From an uncultured SAR116 cluster alpha proteobacterium (GTDB taxonomy: Bacteria; Pseudomonadota; Alphaproteobacteria; Puniceispirillales; Puniceispirillaceae), in the NCBI GenBank assembly GCA_902583715.1, contig CACHXC010000001.1, positions 147,049 to 211,048 of the forward strand: a stretch of 64,000 bases of DNA, in the 5' to 3' direction. The translations under genes and the position numbers were made by a program. The notes below the pieces were generated by a model. It made no database searches. It was not told the DNA's origin and saw nothing but the letters and a program-made list of their open reading frames with translations. Shown one piece after another: positions 51,291-61,615 of this stretch (positions are counted from its first letter, which is position 1; every line of letters starts with the position of its first letter).

Positions 51291-51345
51291 GGGGTATGAG
51301 GTGTTAGCTAGAACAGCACCAAGAAGAGTTTCCCTGGTTCAAAGT

Positions 51346-51795
51346 CTATTTAAATAGATTCACCAAATCGTAGTAGACGTCAGGCATACCCTCTATTGAC
51401 TCGTCGCCACCGCGCCGAATCTTCCTATCGTTCAAAAAGCTCAAGCGTTGAGAGACGACGTGGTAAGCATTCATTTTAGCGCCCACAGCATTAAGATATT
51501 TTATCGCAATATTGCCTTTAACGCTGGAAGCGGTCTCATCTCTCAAGAGAATGTCTTTGATTACGATATGACAAGCATTAATTAACGCAACCCTCTCATC
51601 CAATAGTTCTAACAGCAGGGCTTTTGTAACTCGGTCTGCTTCGTCCTCGAACTCTGCTTGTGCCTGCCATCTGCTAATTGTTTCTTTGGATATAGATAGC
51701 TTTTCAGCCACCTCACTCGGACGACTGCCAAGACCGATCAAATTGGCAGCTATTTGTTGACGTTTATTGAGTTTTGTTGACGTGCGCTCATTCAC
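51346..51795 (-). CDS. Helix-turn-helix protein (mobile-element type)
   Basis: LNKRQQIAANL...SEVAEKLSISKETISRW; GTGA overlap with the AlpA stop codon. Confidence 0.75.
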   Translation of the reverse strand: MNERTSTKLNKRQQIAANLIGLGSRPSEVAEKLSISKETISRWQAQAEFEDEADRVTKALLLELLDERVALINACHIVIKDILLRDETASSVKGNIAIKYLNAVGAKMNAYHVVSQRLSFLNDRKIRRGGDESIEGMPDVYYDLVNLFK

Positions 51796-51977
51796 AGTCG
51801 GATTTCCTTCTGGCTCTCTATCCAGACGCGCACCTCTTTTTCCGAAAACATTAATTTACCGCCGATTTTATATGGGCGAGGGAACGTGTCATCGTCGCGT
51901 CTTTTTCGATCAACACCAGACAAACTGATGTTGATTATACGGGCGACCTGTTTTTTCGAGATATTATCTGAGTGCAT
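51792..51977 (-). CDS. AlpA-family excisionase/regulator
   Basis: ISKKQVARIINISLSGV...FPRPYKIGG...EVRVWI. Confidence 0.8.
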   Translation of the reverse strand: MHSDNISKKQVARIINISLSGVDRKRRDDDTFPRPYKIGGKLMFSEKEVRVWIESQKEIRL

Positions 51978-52071
51978 AGCGCGCTGCCTCTCCAATTGGC
52001 TCCGTTATTGGAGCTGGGTGGAAGGCATCTGCCCTATGTTTAGATCTAGCCTTATGGCTCTTTACACAATA

Positions 52072-53283
52072 TCAATTCCACATCGATGATTCAATGTTTG
52101 GATGTGTTTCATTACTGGTTAAATAATCAGCCCAATCCTGCATAAGCGGTATCCGAGGGCCCACAAGAGTTGACTGTAGGTAGGCTTGTTCTGCCTTGGT
52201 ATTAAGCTGATGCGCTAACGCAAATTCCAGTACGTAGCCATCATAGTGTGTCGTCTCAGATCCCCATGTGCGAAAGGTCGCGCGAAGACCATGAACCGTC
52301 GTGTCATATTGTTTAAGTTGTTTCTTAACTAAACCTATCATTGACATGTTTGATAATGGTTTTTCTGGATTTCTACCATGGAATACAAAAGGTGCGTTAT
52401 GGGATTTGAGTACATCCTAGATGAGTGTGCAAGCCTGTTCGGATAATGGCACCTCGTGAAGCTTTCGTGCTTTCATACGAGTCTCAGGAACGCGCCACAG
52501 CCGTTTATTTAGATCAAACTCTTCTGCTCTAGCGCCCAAGGTTTCGGTTGTTCTAGCTGCGGTGAGCGTAGTGAACTGCAATGCCATGGCCGCCATTGTC
52601 TCAATTTGTCTCAAATCAGCGTAAAAAGCTGGAGCTTTGGCATAATGTAATGACCGATGGTGTTTGACCGTGTGAACACCATCAAAAACGGGAAAATAGT
52701 GGCATAAATGGTCCTGCCACGCAGCTGGATTATCGCCCTTGTAAAGACCACCAGTCTTTGCATATCCAAAAATCTTTTTGAGACGGTTCTGTATTTTACG
52801 AGCGGTTTCATGCTTGGTGTTCCAAATTGGCTTAAGGACCAACAGAATATCTTCTGTTTGGACCTTGCAAAATGGCTTCTGATCAAGAACAGGGCAGGCA
52901 TAGCGGGTAAGAGAAGAGTTCCAGTCAAAGGCATGTTTGGCATTGGACCATTTGCCCTTGTGATACTCGATGTAATCATCCTTGACCTGAGAGAAGAACA
53001 GAGATGCCTCTCTTTTAGCCAGTATGGCGGCTTTTTTCTTCATTTCAACAGGGTCTGTGCCGTCTGCCACCTGAATAAGCGAGGCAAAATGGCGCTTTCG
53101 TGCCTCAGCCAGCGAAACTTCTGGATATTTACCAAGTCCCATTTCCTTGGCTTTTTTGTTTAGCATATAGCGAAAGGTCCATTTGCCTCGGCCTGGAGAG
53201 GATAATGTGAGATATAGCCCGCGTCCGTCATGTACACGCTTACCGATTGGAAGGTTTTTGATTTTGAAATTTGTAAGTCTCAC
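52072..53283 (-). pseudogene. P4-like tyrosine integrase interrupted by in-frame TAG (52417-52419)
   Basis: Arm domain, ARTTE, MKARKLHEVPLS, then in the same frame after the stop VHGLRATFRTW, ALAH, AY. Confidence 0.88.
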
Positions 53284-53293
53284 TGTTAAATCT

Positions 53294-53317
53294 CCAGCCC
53301 ACAAACCAGCCCACAAA
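53294..53317. repeat. Tandem 12-bp repeat CCAGCCCACAAA x2 (putative integrase arm-type sites)
   Basis: Also at 42407-42430; related CAGCCTACAAA at 42616-42626. Confidence 0.6.
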
Positions 53318-53429
53318 TGAGGCTGAATAAATGTGACTTACAGTGAAACGCTGTGACGCGGGCAAATCAACGTATCCCAAGCTCAGCAAAGGAATTTGAC
53401 GTTGGTTGACTAAATTTGATGAAGCTAAA

Positions 53430-53519
53430 TGGCGGAGAGGGTGGGATTCGAACCCACGATGGGCTCGCACCCATGCCGGTTTTCAAGACCGGTGCATTCA
53501 ACCGCTCTGCCACCTCTCC
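53430..53519 (-). tRNA. tRNA-Ser (anticodon TGA)
   Basis: GGAGAGGTGGCAGAGCGGTTGAATGCACCGGTCTTGAAAACCGGC...GGTTCGAATCCCACCCTCTCCGCCA; 90 nt, long variable arm, encoded CCA. Confidence 0.97.
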
Positions 53520-53528
53520 GCAGCGCTT

Positions 53529-53558
53529 GTGCTAATGGAAAATAGGGGTATCTGTCAA
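53529..53558 (-). promoter_or_regulatory. Sigma70-type promoter for tRNA-Ser
   Basis: TTGACA-N18-TAGCAC ending about 10 nt upstream of the tRNA. Confidence 0.4.
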
Positions 53559-53712
53559 CATGATTAACAGCGGCTTTTTATTATTTTATTCATATTGCTG
53601 CTATTTCGCGCAAGTTTGTTGTTGTCGGCGACGGAGATTGTCATATGATGCGAGAGGTTTTGGCAAATAAGGACCACATTGCGGTCACCGCATTGCAAAC
53701 GCTTGTTTATGC

Positions 53713-55047
53713 GTGCCCTTGCCACTGCCAGCGTTTTTAACATGTTTGGAGACTATTTGCGTGACCCTGGCAGTTTTGTCCGTCAATGCGGCTGTTCCCC
53801 GCGCCAAACGCGCTTTTGCCGTGTCTCGGCTGGGCTTGTTCCTATTTGTTACAATTTGTTGGCTGTTCAGCGGATCGATGGCATCTGCACAGTCATCAGG
53901 CAAACCACGCGCCACCAAAGTGGCAGTTGCTGAGGTGACAACCGAAACCATCGCCGATTTTGCAGAATTGCAGGGGCGTCTTGTGGCCGGTGCCACTGAG
54001 TCTGTAACCGCAGTCATAAGTGCTGAAATTGAAATTTTGGACCTGCAGCTTGGTGATGTTGTCGCCAAAGGCCAAGATATCGCCCAACAGGATCATGCAA
54101 AACTGGTTTTGAACCGCGTTATGCTTCAGGCCCAGCTTGCCGAAACAAACGTAAAACACGCGAATATCACTGTCGAGATAGAGAGTGAAACCGCGTTGCT
54201 GCAAATTGCTGAGCAACGTGTGGTTCTGCTTGAACGCAAAGCTGACCGCGCCGAGGATTTGGTCGAGAATAACGCCTTGCCAATTGACGCCGCCGAAACA
54301 GCGCTGAGTAATAGTTTGGCGGCGCGCCAAAATCTATTGTCACAAAAGAGCAGTTTGGCCCGTAAACGGGCACAATTGGCGGTCGCCACGGTGGCAAAGG
54401 ACCGGCTCCGCGCCCAAATCAAACAGCTGGATGCGGATATTGCGGCCACAACGTTGCGGGCACGCTCAAATGGGCAGATTATCCACTTATTTGATGATAA
54501 ACGTGGGTTTGCCCGCGAGGGTGACGTGATTGCCCGTATTCTTGACCCCTCTGTTTTTGAGGTAGAGGTGGAAATGCCGGTAAGCCAATTGGCGTTTTTA
54601 CAGGATGTTAACACCATCAAGGCACGTACACTTGATGGCTATCAACTAGATTTGGCTTTGCGCGTTATTCTACCAGTTCAAAACACCCGTACAGCCACCC
54701 GTGTTGTGCGGTTTCGTATGGAATCACCCCCAGCCGAAGTGATGCTGGCAAATAACGCCGTGGTGACGGTGCAGACCCCGATCACAAATCCGTCCCCAGT
54801 CATTATCGTACCAAAAGATGCGGTGATTCCAGTGCCCGGCGGGCATATTGTGTATGTGGCTGTCGATGGGCGTGCCCAGCGACAACTGATCAAACTTGGT
54901 ACGGCTGTAGCCTCTGGCTTTATTGTCAGGTCCGGACTTGCCGCAGGCGCAGTTGTTGTTACACGGGGCAATGAACAGCTATATGATGGCAAAGCCATTG
55001 ACTATGGTGGCGATAAAGGCAAATCAACGCCAGAGGCGGAGAGCTGA
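53713..55047 (+). CDS. RND efflux periplasmic adaptor (MFP) subunit; start may be downstream
   Basis: Lipoyl halves, long coiled coil, VPKDAV, SGLAAGAVVVTRG. Confidence 0.85.
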   Translation: MPLPLPAFLTCLETICVTLAVLSVNAAVPRAKRAFAVSRLGLFLFVTICWLFSGSMASAQSSGKPRATKVAVAEVTTETIADFAELQGRLVAGATESVTAVISAEIEILDLQLGDVVAKGQDIAQQDHAKLVLNRVMLQAQLAETNVKHANITVEIESETALLQIAEQRVVLLERKADRAEDLVENNALPIDAAETALSNSLAARQNLLSQKSSLARKRAQLAVATVAKDRLRAQIKQLDADIAATTLRARSNGQIIHLFDDKRGFAREGDVIARILDPSVFEVEVEMPVSQLAFLQDVNTIKARTLDGYQLDLALRVILPVQNTRTATRVVRFRMESPPAEVMLANNAVVTVQTPITNPSPVIIVPKDAVIPVPGGHIVYVAVDGRAQRQLIKLGTAVASGFIVRSGLAAGAVVVTRGNEQLYDGKAIDYGGDKGKSTPEAES

Positions 55048-58000
55048 TGGGGCGTCTGATCAAACTTGCCATTGAACGGCCAATTGCCGTTATGGCAATG
55101 ATTTTAATGACAATTGTGTTTGGCGCAGTGGCGCTGCAAACCATTCCCATCCAGATGAGTCCGGATATCGAAAAACCAGTGCTTGATGTGCGGGTGCGTT
55201 GGAATGGCGCGTCTCCGGTAGATGTTGACCGCGAGATTGTAGGCCGGTTGGAACGTGAATTAGCGTCACTAAATGGTGTGGAGGAAATTGCATCACGCTC
55301 TAGTCGTGGTTATGCACGGGTTACGCTGACCTATGGCGTTACCCAAGATATGGATAAAGCGCTGGTCATGTTGCTGAGTAAATTATCAGCCGTGAATGGC
55401 TTGCCCGATGATGCCGATACACCGCTTGTCAGAACCTCAAATTCCGAGGACAGTCCGATTGCAAGGCTGGCGCTGGTGGCAAAAGACGGCTTTGAAGTGG
55501 ATCTTGAAGAACTTGGTCAATATCTTGATACAAATATTGTCGAGCCGCTTAGCCGCACCAACGGCATTTCTGAAGTCGATTATCGTGGCGGTGGAAAATA
55601 TGAAATGCGGGTAATCATTAACCCCGACAAATTGGTGAAATACCAACTGACATTGTCAGAGGTGATGGACGCTTTACGTACATCGTCATCCATGATGAGC
55701 GTGGGTATGGTCACCGAAGGAAAGAGGTCCTATGCCGTGCGAACTGAGGCGGTGAATTACACGCCTGAAACTGCCGGGCGGATTGTGCTTCGAACCGATA
55801 TATCGCCAACAGGTACGATTATTCCCCTGCTGTTAGAAGATGTGGCGACGATTGATTTTAGGGTGCAAAACCGGACCAGTTTTCGGCGTTTGAACGGAAA
55901 ACCAGCAATCATTTTAAACGCGATACGCGATCAAGGCAGTAACGTCGTCGCCACAATGGTAAGACTGCGCGCGGCCGCAGATGGTCTGAATGAAAGCGAG
56001 TTAAATGCCCGTGGATTACAACTACAAGTTGTATATGACGAAACCAAATATATCGCCTCAGCAATCAATCTTGTGCAGCAAAATATGTGGATCGGCGGCA
56101 TTCTTGCGCTAAGTATTTTATTATTATTTTTCCGTAATTTAATGCCAACAATTATCGTCTTTGCCGCGATTCCTGTCTCGGTGATCGGCACCTTTGTGGC
56201 GATTGCAGGTTTTGGGCTATCGATCAATGTGATTTCATTGGCAGGCTTGGCATTTGCCGTGGGCATGGTGGTTGATGCGTCAATTGTGTCGCTGGAAAAT
56301 ATTTTTCGTTTACGACAAAAGGGGATTGATGCCCCAAATGCCGCCTATCATGGTGCGCGCCAGGTATGGGGGCCGATCTTGGGATCGGCTTTGACCACAG
56401 TCATTGTATTTGTGCCTGTGCTGATGCTTGACCTCCCTGTGGGTCAGCTGTTTCGGGATATTGGCATAGCGATATCGGTATCTGTGCTCATCTCTGTAGT
56501 GGTGTCGGTTACGGTAATTCCCACATTAGCGGCCCGGCTTTTGGCTGGCGCGCCGGACCGTTACACAAGATTGCGCCGCCTGCCAATAATTGATCAACCC
56601 GCCAGCTATTTTGCCAGCCAGATTTTGCGCTATGCACGCTTTGCTGTCAGTAACCAGCGCCGTGGTTTTGCTGTTGTGGCGATAATTTTGTTGCTGGCGG
56701 GTGCATTTTGCGCGCGGTTCATGCCGCAGCTAGACTATTTACCTGACGGCAATGCCAATTTTGCATTTGGTCGGATCAGCGTGCCTGCTGGCTATTCGAT
56801 GGATGAGACTTTGCGTATTGCCGAACGTATGGAAAAGGCGGCAAGGCCGTTATGGGAAGGCAAGACAGAACCGAGCGGGCCACCAGAGATTGAACGGTTT
56901 TTCTTTGTTGCCTATTCAGGCGGGGCCTTTGCCGGGGCGGCCGCAAAAGACCCGTCACGGGTCAGTGAATTGCAAATGGTATTGGCGAGGCCCGTGTTTG
57001 CTGAGCCAGGCGCGCGGGCATTTGTCCAACAGGCGTCGCTTTTTGGGCGATCTGTTGGCGGGTCGCGATCCATCCGTGTGGATATTGTCGGGCCAACCCG
57101 GGATGATGTTCTGCCTGTTGCGATGCAGGTTAATGCGGCGCTGGAAGCGCGGTTTTCACGTCGTGACGGTAACCAGATACGTGCGCTTCCCTCGTTGGAT
57201 TCAGGGGCGGCACAAATCCGCATTAATCCTGATTTAACGGCTCTGGCGCGGGCTGGTGTCACGGTGCGCGAATTATCCGCCGCTGTTGATGTGTTTAATG
57301 ATGGTGCCAATGTGATACAGGTGCCGATTGATGGCCAATTGATAGATATGGTGCTGTCCGGATCAAACGCCGAAAATCTAACAGCTGGTGAATTGCAGAA
57401 TATCCCCATTGTCACGCGTAGCGGTTTGGTGTTGCGTTTGCACCAAATGGCTGAAATTGACGTTGTGTCTGCGCCTGAACAGGTGCGCCGCCTTGGCGGT
57501 CGACAAGCAATCTCGTTACAAGTACGACCGAATAATGCGCTGGCGCTTGAAGATGTAGTGGCTGTCATTGACAATGAAATTTTGCCAGATATCCGGGCTG
57601 ATGCCTTACCACAGGGGGTTTCGATAAAACTTGAAGGGGCCGCCAGTGCGCTGGATCAGACATGGCGGGCGATGCAGGGAAATGTGATGACAGCCGTCTT
57701 TGTTATTTTTCTGCTATTGGTGATTTTGCTTCGAAGTTTTGTCTTGCCCTTTATCATTCTGTTGACAATACCAGTGGCTGGGGCAGGCGGGATCGCTGGA
57801 CTTGCTATTCTCAATATATTCATCCAGCAGCAACTTGATATGCTGACCATGCTAGGATTTGTTATTTTGACCGGTGTGGTAGTTAATAACGCTATCTTGA
57901 TGATTGAACAAACCATGTTGCATCTACGTGATGAGGGGCTGTCTGCTAATGAGGCCATTGTTGAGGCCACACGCAATCGTATTCGCCCCATTTTCATGTC

Positions 58001-58214
58001 CACTTTAACATCGCTATTTGGGTTGGTCCCGTTGGTGATCTTCCCAGGTGCTGGGTCTGAATTATATCGCGGTATTGGCGTGGTGGTGTTTGGTGGTCTG
58101 GGACTGTCCATGTTGGCGACGCTTATTATCGTGCCACCTTTATTGGCGATTGCTCTGAACAGCCGATTTGGCGGGCGTCTTCAACAAAACACCGCATTGT
58201 CTGAAGCTCTTTGA
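55047..58214 (+). CDS. RND efflux permease (AcrB family)
   Basis: GMVVDASIVSLENI, GVVVNNAIL, RIRPIFMST. Confidence 0.92.
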   Translation: MGRLIKLAIERPIAVMAMILMTIVFGAVALQTIPIQMSPDIEKPVLDVRVRWNGASPVDVDREIVGRLERELASLNGVEEIASRSSRGYARVTLTYGVTQDMDKALVMLLSKLSAVNGLPDDADTPLVRTSNSEDSPIARLALVAKDGFEVDLEELGQYLDTNIVEPLSRTNGISEVDYRGGGKYEMRVIINPDKLVKYQLTLSEVMDALRTSSSMMSVGMVTEGKRSYAVRTEAVNYTPETAGRIVLRTDISPTGTIIPLLLEDVATIDFRVQNRTSFRRLNGKPAIILNAIRDQGSNVVATMVRLRAAADGLNESELNARGLQLQVVYDETKYIASAINLVQQNMWIGGILALSILLLFFRNLMPTIIVFAAIPVSVIGTFVAIAGFGLSINVISLAGLAFAVGMVVDASIVSLENIFRLRQKGIDAPNAAYHGARQVWGPILGSALTTVIVFVPVLMLDLPVGQLFRDIGIAISVSVLISVVVSVTVIPTLAARLLAGAPDRYTRLRRLPIIDQPASYFASQILRYARFAVSNQRRGFAVVAIILLLAGAFCARFMPQLDYLPDGNANFAFGRISVPAGYSMDETLRIAERMEKAARPLWEGKTEPSGPPEIERFFFVAYSGGAFAGAAAKDPSRVSELQMVLARPVFAEPGARAFVQQASLFGRSVGGSRSIRVDIVGPTRDDVLPVAMQVNAALEARFSRRDGNQIRALPSLDSGAAQIRINPDLTALARAGVTVRELSAAVDVFNDGANVIQVPIDGQLIDMVLSGSNAENLTAGELQNIPIVTRSGLVLRLHQMAEIDVVSAPEQVRRLGGRQAISLQVRPNNALALEDVVAVIDNEILPDIRADALPQGVSIKLEGAASALDQTWRAMQGNVMTAVFVIFLLLVILLRSFVLPFIILLTIPVAGAGGIAGLAILNIFIQQQLDMLTMLGFVILTGVVVNNAILMIEQTMLHLRDEGLSANEAIVEATRNRIRPIFMSTLTSLFGLVPLVIFPGAGSELYRGIGVVVFGGLGLSMLATLIIVPPLLAIALNSRFGGRLQQNTALSEAL

Positions 58215-58393
58215 TTTGTCGTCACGCCCTGGCTTTTGAAAATAACCAACCATCACCGCTGAAAATATTTATTTTCGTGATTTTGACGGTTGCCCCTAAG
58301 CCGGCATCCGCTTTACCATGTCAACGCGGCAATTTGGTCGGCGCATGTTCTACCTAAAGCGACCAAAAAACACGGTTTTTCCTCGGGGGCCTG

Positions 58394-59377
58394 ATGGTAC
58401 GGTATTTTTTGTTTCTAATAGCAACGGCCATGTTAATAGCTGTCGGTCCAGTGATCGCACAGGCGGATAATTTTCAGTCCTGGTTGACTGATTTACGTGG
58501 TGAGGCGCATCAACGCGGTGTGTCGGATTCTATTTTTGATGCGGCACTTGGTGATGCCAAGCCAATAAAACGGGTGATTGAACTAGACCGAAGCCAGCCA
58601 GAATTTACACTGACATTTGATGAATATTTGAACAAAATCGTATCAAAGACCCGTGCGCAAAAAGCCGCGCAAAAGCTGGTAGAGCATGATGAAATTCTGA
58701 CAGAAATTTCTAAAAAATACGGCGTTCAAAAGCGGTTTATCGTGACATTTTGGGGGGTCGAGACGAATTTTGGTCAATATTTGGGGTCGTTCAATGTGCC
58801 ACATGCATTGGCGACCTTGGCCTATGATGGGCGCCGCAGTGCCTATTTCCGCAAGGAACTGTTAAATGCTCTGCAAATCCTAGAAGAGGGGCATATCGCC
58901 CCATCACAAATGAAAGGGTCATGGGCGGGCGCGATGGGGCAGAGCCAATTTATGCCCTCAAGCTTTTTATCCTATGCTGTTGATTGGGATGGTGATGGCA
59001 AACGCGATATCTGGCGGACCAAACCAGACGTTTTTGCCTCAACAGCCTATTATCTCAAAAAGGCTGGGTGGAATGACCAGCTGACATGGGGGCGTCGCGT
59101 GTCTCTGCCTGATAATTTTACCATGGACGGCAAAGACGCCATGACGCTGGCGGATAAAAAAATACGCAAAAATTTACAGCTATGGGTGGCGGCTGGAGTT
59201 CGGTCTGCCGATGGTTCCTCCCTACCAAACGCGAACCCGGCTGCAAGATTGGTAATGCCGTCTGGTGCCAAAGGGCCAGCCTTCCTCGTCTATAGCAATT
59301 TTGATTCAATTCTGGATTGGAACCGGTCAAATTACTACGCGTTGGCGATCGGCCATTTATCTGACATGCTGAAATAG
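58394..59377 (+). CDS. mltB: Lytic murein transglycosylase (MltB family)
   Basis: WGVETNFG, GSWAGAMGQSQFMPSS, DGDG, WNRSNYYA. Confidence 0.9.
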   Translation: MVRYFLFLIATAMLIAVGPVIAQADNFQSWLTDLRGEAHQRGVSDSIFDAALGDAKPIKRVIELDRSQPEFTLTFDEYLNKIVSKTRAQKAAQKLVEHDEILTEISKKYGVQKRFIVTFWGVETNFGQYLGSFNVPHALATLAYDGRRSAYFRKELLNALQILEEGHIAPSQMKGSWAGAMGQSQFMPSSFLSYAVDWDGDGKRDIWRTKPDVFASTAYYLKKAGWNDQLTWGRRVSLPDNFTMDGKDAMTLADKKIRKNLQLWVAAGVRSADGSSLPNANPAARLVMPSGAKGPAFLVYSNFDSILDWNRSNYYALAIGHLSDMLK

Positions 59378-59387
59378 AGGCTGTGAT

Positions 59388-60350
59388 ATGAACACCGTAC
59401 AACATGTTACAAAAGCCATTTATGTGGCGTTAATGCTATTGATGTTGGCGGGGTGCACATCAATTGAACTCGCCGTGGATCTCTACAAAAAACAAACGCG
59501 TGAAGCCGCGGAAGATGGGGTTGTGGTGGCGGCGCCGCGCTACAAGGTTGGCAACCCCTATAAAGTGGCTGGTATTTGGTATTACCCAGAACGCAATCTG
59601 ACGTATGATGAAACTGGCATCGGGTCATGGTACGGCGATGAATTTGCTGGGAAATTAACTGCCAATGGTGAAGTTTTTGATCCGGAATTGGTCACCGCGG
59701 CACATAAAACCTTGCCAATGCCCAGCGTCGTGCGCGTGACAAATCTGGATAATGGCAAGTCGCTCGTTGTGCGGATTAATGATCGTGGCCCGTTTGTTGC
59801 CGGGCGCATTATCGACTTGTCTCGTGAGGCCGCGCGCCGCATTGGGTATAAGGACAATGGTTTGGCCCGGGTACGCGTGCAAGTGCTGGCTGAACAATCA
59901 CTTCGTCTTGAAAAATTGGCAAAGAATGGAGAATTTCCGTCTATTGGCGGTGTGCCAACAACGGAAATGCCAGAAGTCGAGGCGGCCGCTAAACCAACGG
60001 TGAATTTAACCGCCACGTCAAACACTGGCAGATCTGCGTATAGCTCAAACAATGGTCAATCTGCGTTGGATTTATTATCTCAATCGCGTGTCGGCGAGGT
60101 TATGACAGTCGCCCCGCTGACGACGCAAATTTGGGTGCAGGTCGGGGCGTTTCATTCTGAAAGCAGCGCCGCTTCGGTTTTGGCGCAAGTTGAAACCGTC
60201 GGAAATGGAGAAGTTTCATCGATATCCAAAGCTGGCCAGACGCTCCACCGTGTTAGGCTAGGGCCTGTGCAAACTGTCAGCGAGGCTGATAAATTGCTTG
60301 ATGGTGTGGTGAAAATTGGGTTTTCTGGCGCCCGCATAATTGTTGATTGA
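59388..60350 (+). CDS. rlpA: Septal ring lytic transglycosylase RlpA with SPOR domain
   Basis: Lipobox LAGC, TAAHKTLPMPS, RINDRGP, IIDLS, VQVGAF. Confidence 0.92.
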   Translation: MNTVQHVTKAIYVALMLLMLAGCTSIELAVDLYKKQTREAAEDGVVVAAPRYKVGNPYKVAGIWYYPERNLTYDETGIGSWYGDEFAGKLTANGEVFDPELVTAAHKTLPMPSVVRVTNLDNGKSLVVRINDRGPFVAGRIIDLSREAARRIGYKDNGLARVRVQVLAEQSLRLEKLAKNGEFPSIGGVPTTEMPEVEAAAKPTVNLTATSNTGRSAYSSNNGQSALDLLSQSRVGEVMTVAPLTTQIWVQVGAFHSESSAASVLAQVETVGNGEVSSISKAGQTLHRVRLGPVQTVSEADKLLDGVVKIGFSGARIIVD

Positions 60351-60441
60351 CACGCCACTCCGCAGATAAATACACATAGGTCAAATTACATATGGCAATG
60401 CAGACAAAAAAAGCCGCCAGACGACATAAAAGGGGGATTTC

Positions 60442-61614
60442 GTGATCGTGAGGTTTTTCATACGGGTTGTGTTCGCAGTAGTATTTATCGGCATGGCATG
60501 GCATGCAACAGCTGCAGAAATTCTCACCCCCGCAAAACAGGCGTATATCACTGATTTTGAGAGCGGCAAGGTACTGTTTGCGAAAGATGCAGAAGTGCCG
60601 ATGAAACCAGCCTCTATGGCTAAAATTATGACTGTGTTTATTGTATTTCAGCGCGTTGCTGATGGATCGCTACAGCTTGACGACAAGTTTCTCGTCTCTG
60701 AAAAAGCATGGCGTAAGGGTGGGTCTAGAAGCTTTGTTGAGGTTGGGTCACGGGTTTCTGTGAGTGATTTACTGCATGGGGTGATTGTGCAATCTGGAAA
60801 CGATGCGGCGATTGTTTTGGCCGAGGGGATTGCCGGTACTGAACAGGCTTTTGCCGAAGAAATGAATTTTTGGGCAGAAAAATTAGGTATGACGCAAACC
60901 AATTTTCGAAATGCAACAGGATGGCCTGACCCAGATTTGCAGACCAGTGCAAAAGATCTAAACATTTTAACAATCGAACTGATCAAACGCTTTCCGGTTG
61001 ATAGCTATCCTGATCTTTATCCAATGTTTGCCAAGCTTGAATTTACCTACAACAAGATCAGCCAGCCAAACCGCAATCCATTAGTCTATGGAACAAAAGG
61101 CGCTGATGGGTTGAAAACAGGCCATACCGAAGAGTCCGGCTACGGTCTTGTCGGTTCAGCTGTGCGTAATGGTCAGCGCGTTGTTATGGTGTTAAACGGC
61201 ATGGACAGCGCGAAACAACGTTCAACTGAATCGCGTCGGTTGATCGATTTGATCTTTCGCGAATATAAATCTTATGAATTTTTCAGACAAGGCCAGCCGG
61301 TTGATCAAGCCAATGTATGGTTAGGCACCGCACCGCAAGTTGATCTGGTCCTAGACGCACCACTGAAAATGGTGTTGTCGCGCAAGGATCGCCAGGCCAT
61401 GGAAATTTCCTTGCAGTGGCTAGACCCGGTGCCAGCGCCAATTCGGGCCGGTGACCAAATCGGCACGTTGGTTGTCATTCTACCTGATGAAGTTACTAAA
61501 ATGCCATTGCGCGCCGCACAAAACGTCGACACGCTCGGGCTGTTCAACCGTATCGGCGCGGCAGTAAAATATCTTATTTTCGGTGCATCCACGCCGCAGA
61601 ATAGTGCACAATGA
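60442..61614 (+). CDS. dacA: D-alanyl-D-alanine carboxypeptidase
   Basis: SMAK (SxxK), SGN, KTG. Confidence 0.9.
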   Translation: MIVRFFIRVVFAVVFIGMAWHATAAEILTPAKQAYITDFESGKVLFAKDAEVPMKPASMAKIMTVFIVFQRVADGSLQLDDKFLVSEKAWRKGGSRSFVEVGSRVSVSDLLHGVIVQSGNDAAIVLAEGIAGTEQAFAEEMNFWAEKLGMTQTNFRNATGWPDPDLQTSAKDLNILTIELIKRFPVDSYPDLYPMFAKLEFTYNKISQPNRNPLVYGTKGADGLKTGHTEESGYGLVGSAVRNGQRVVMVLNGMDSAKQRSTESRRLIDLIFREYKSYEFFRQGQPVDQANVWLGTAPQVDLVLDAPLKMVLSRKDRQAMEISLQWLDPVPAPIRAGDQIGTLVVILPDEVTKMPLRAAQNVDTLGLFNRIGAAVKYLIFGASTPQNSAQ

Positions 61615-61615
61615 T

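Larger units (their letters stand above)
13560..53440. mobile_element. Composite genomic island accreted at the tRNA-Ser 3' end (left boundary approximate)
   Basis: AT-richer than flanks; tRNA 3'-end copies at 42543 and 27061; two integrase copies; truncated gene at the left edge. Confidence 0.6.
42543..53440. mobile_element. 10.9-kb integrative element bounded by TGGCGGAGAGG direct repeats
   Basis: 11-bp tRNA-Ser 3'-end duplication at 42543-42553 and 53430-53440; integrase, AlpA and HTH genes next to the tRNA. Confidence 0.8.

Noticed and set aside
5178-52419. Genome-wide TAG recoding
   Set aside because: Several intact genes terminate at TAG at their expected C-termini
42543-53440. Intact prophage or PICI
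   Set aside because: No primase, terminase or structural genes, and the integrase is interrupted
53240-53470. 76-aa ORF and its twin at 42341-42571
   Set aside because: Read-through of tRNA/att DNA; their similarity is explained by the direct repeat
56912-58111. Long antisense ORFs (220 and 151 aa) within the RND permease, and similar antisense ORFs elsewhere
   Set aside because: Antisense shadows of well-supported genes
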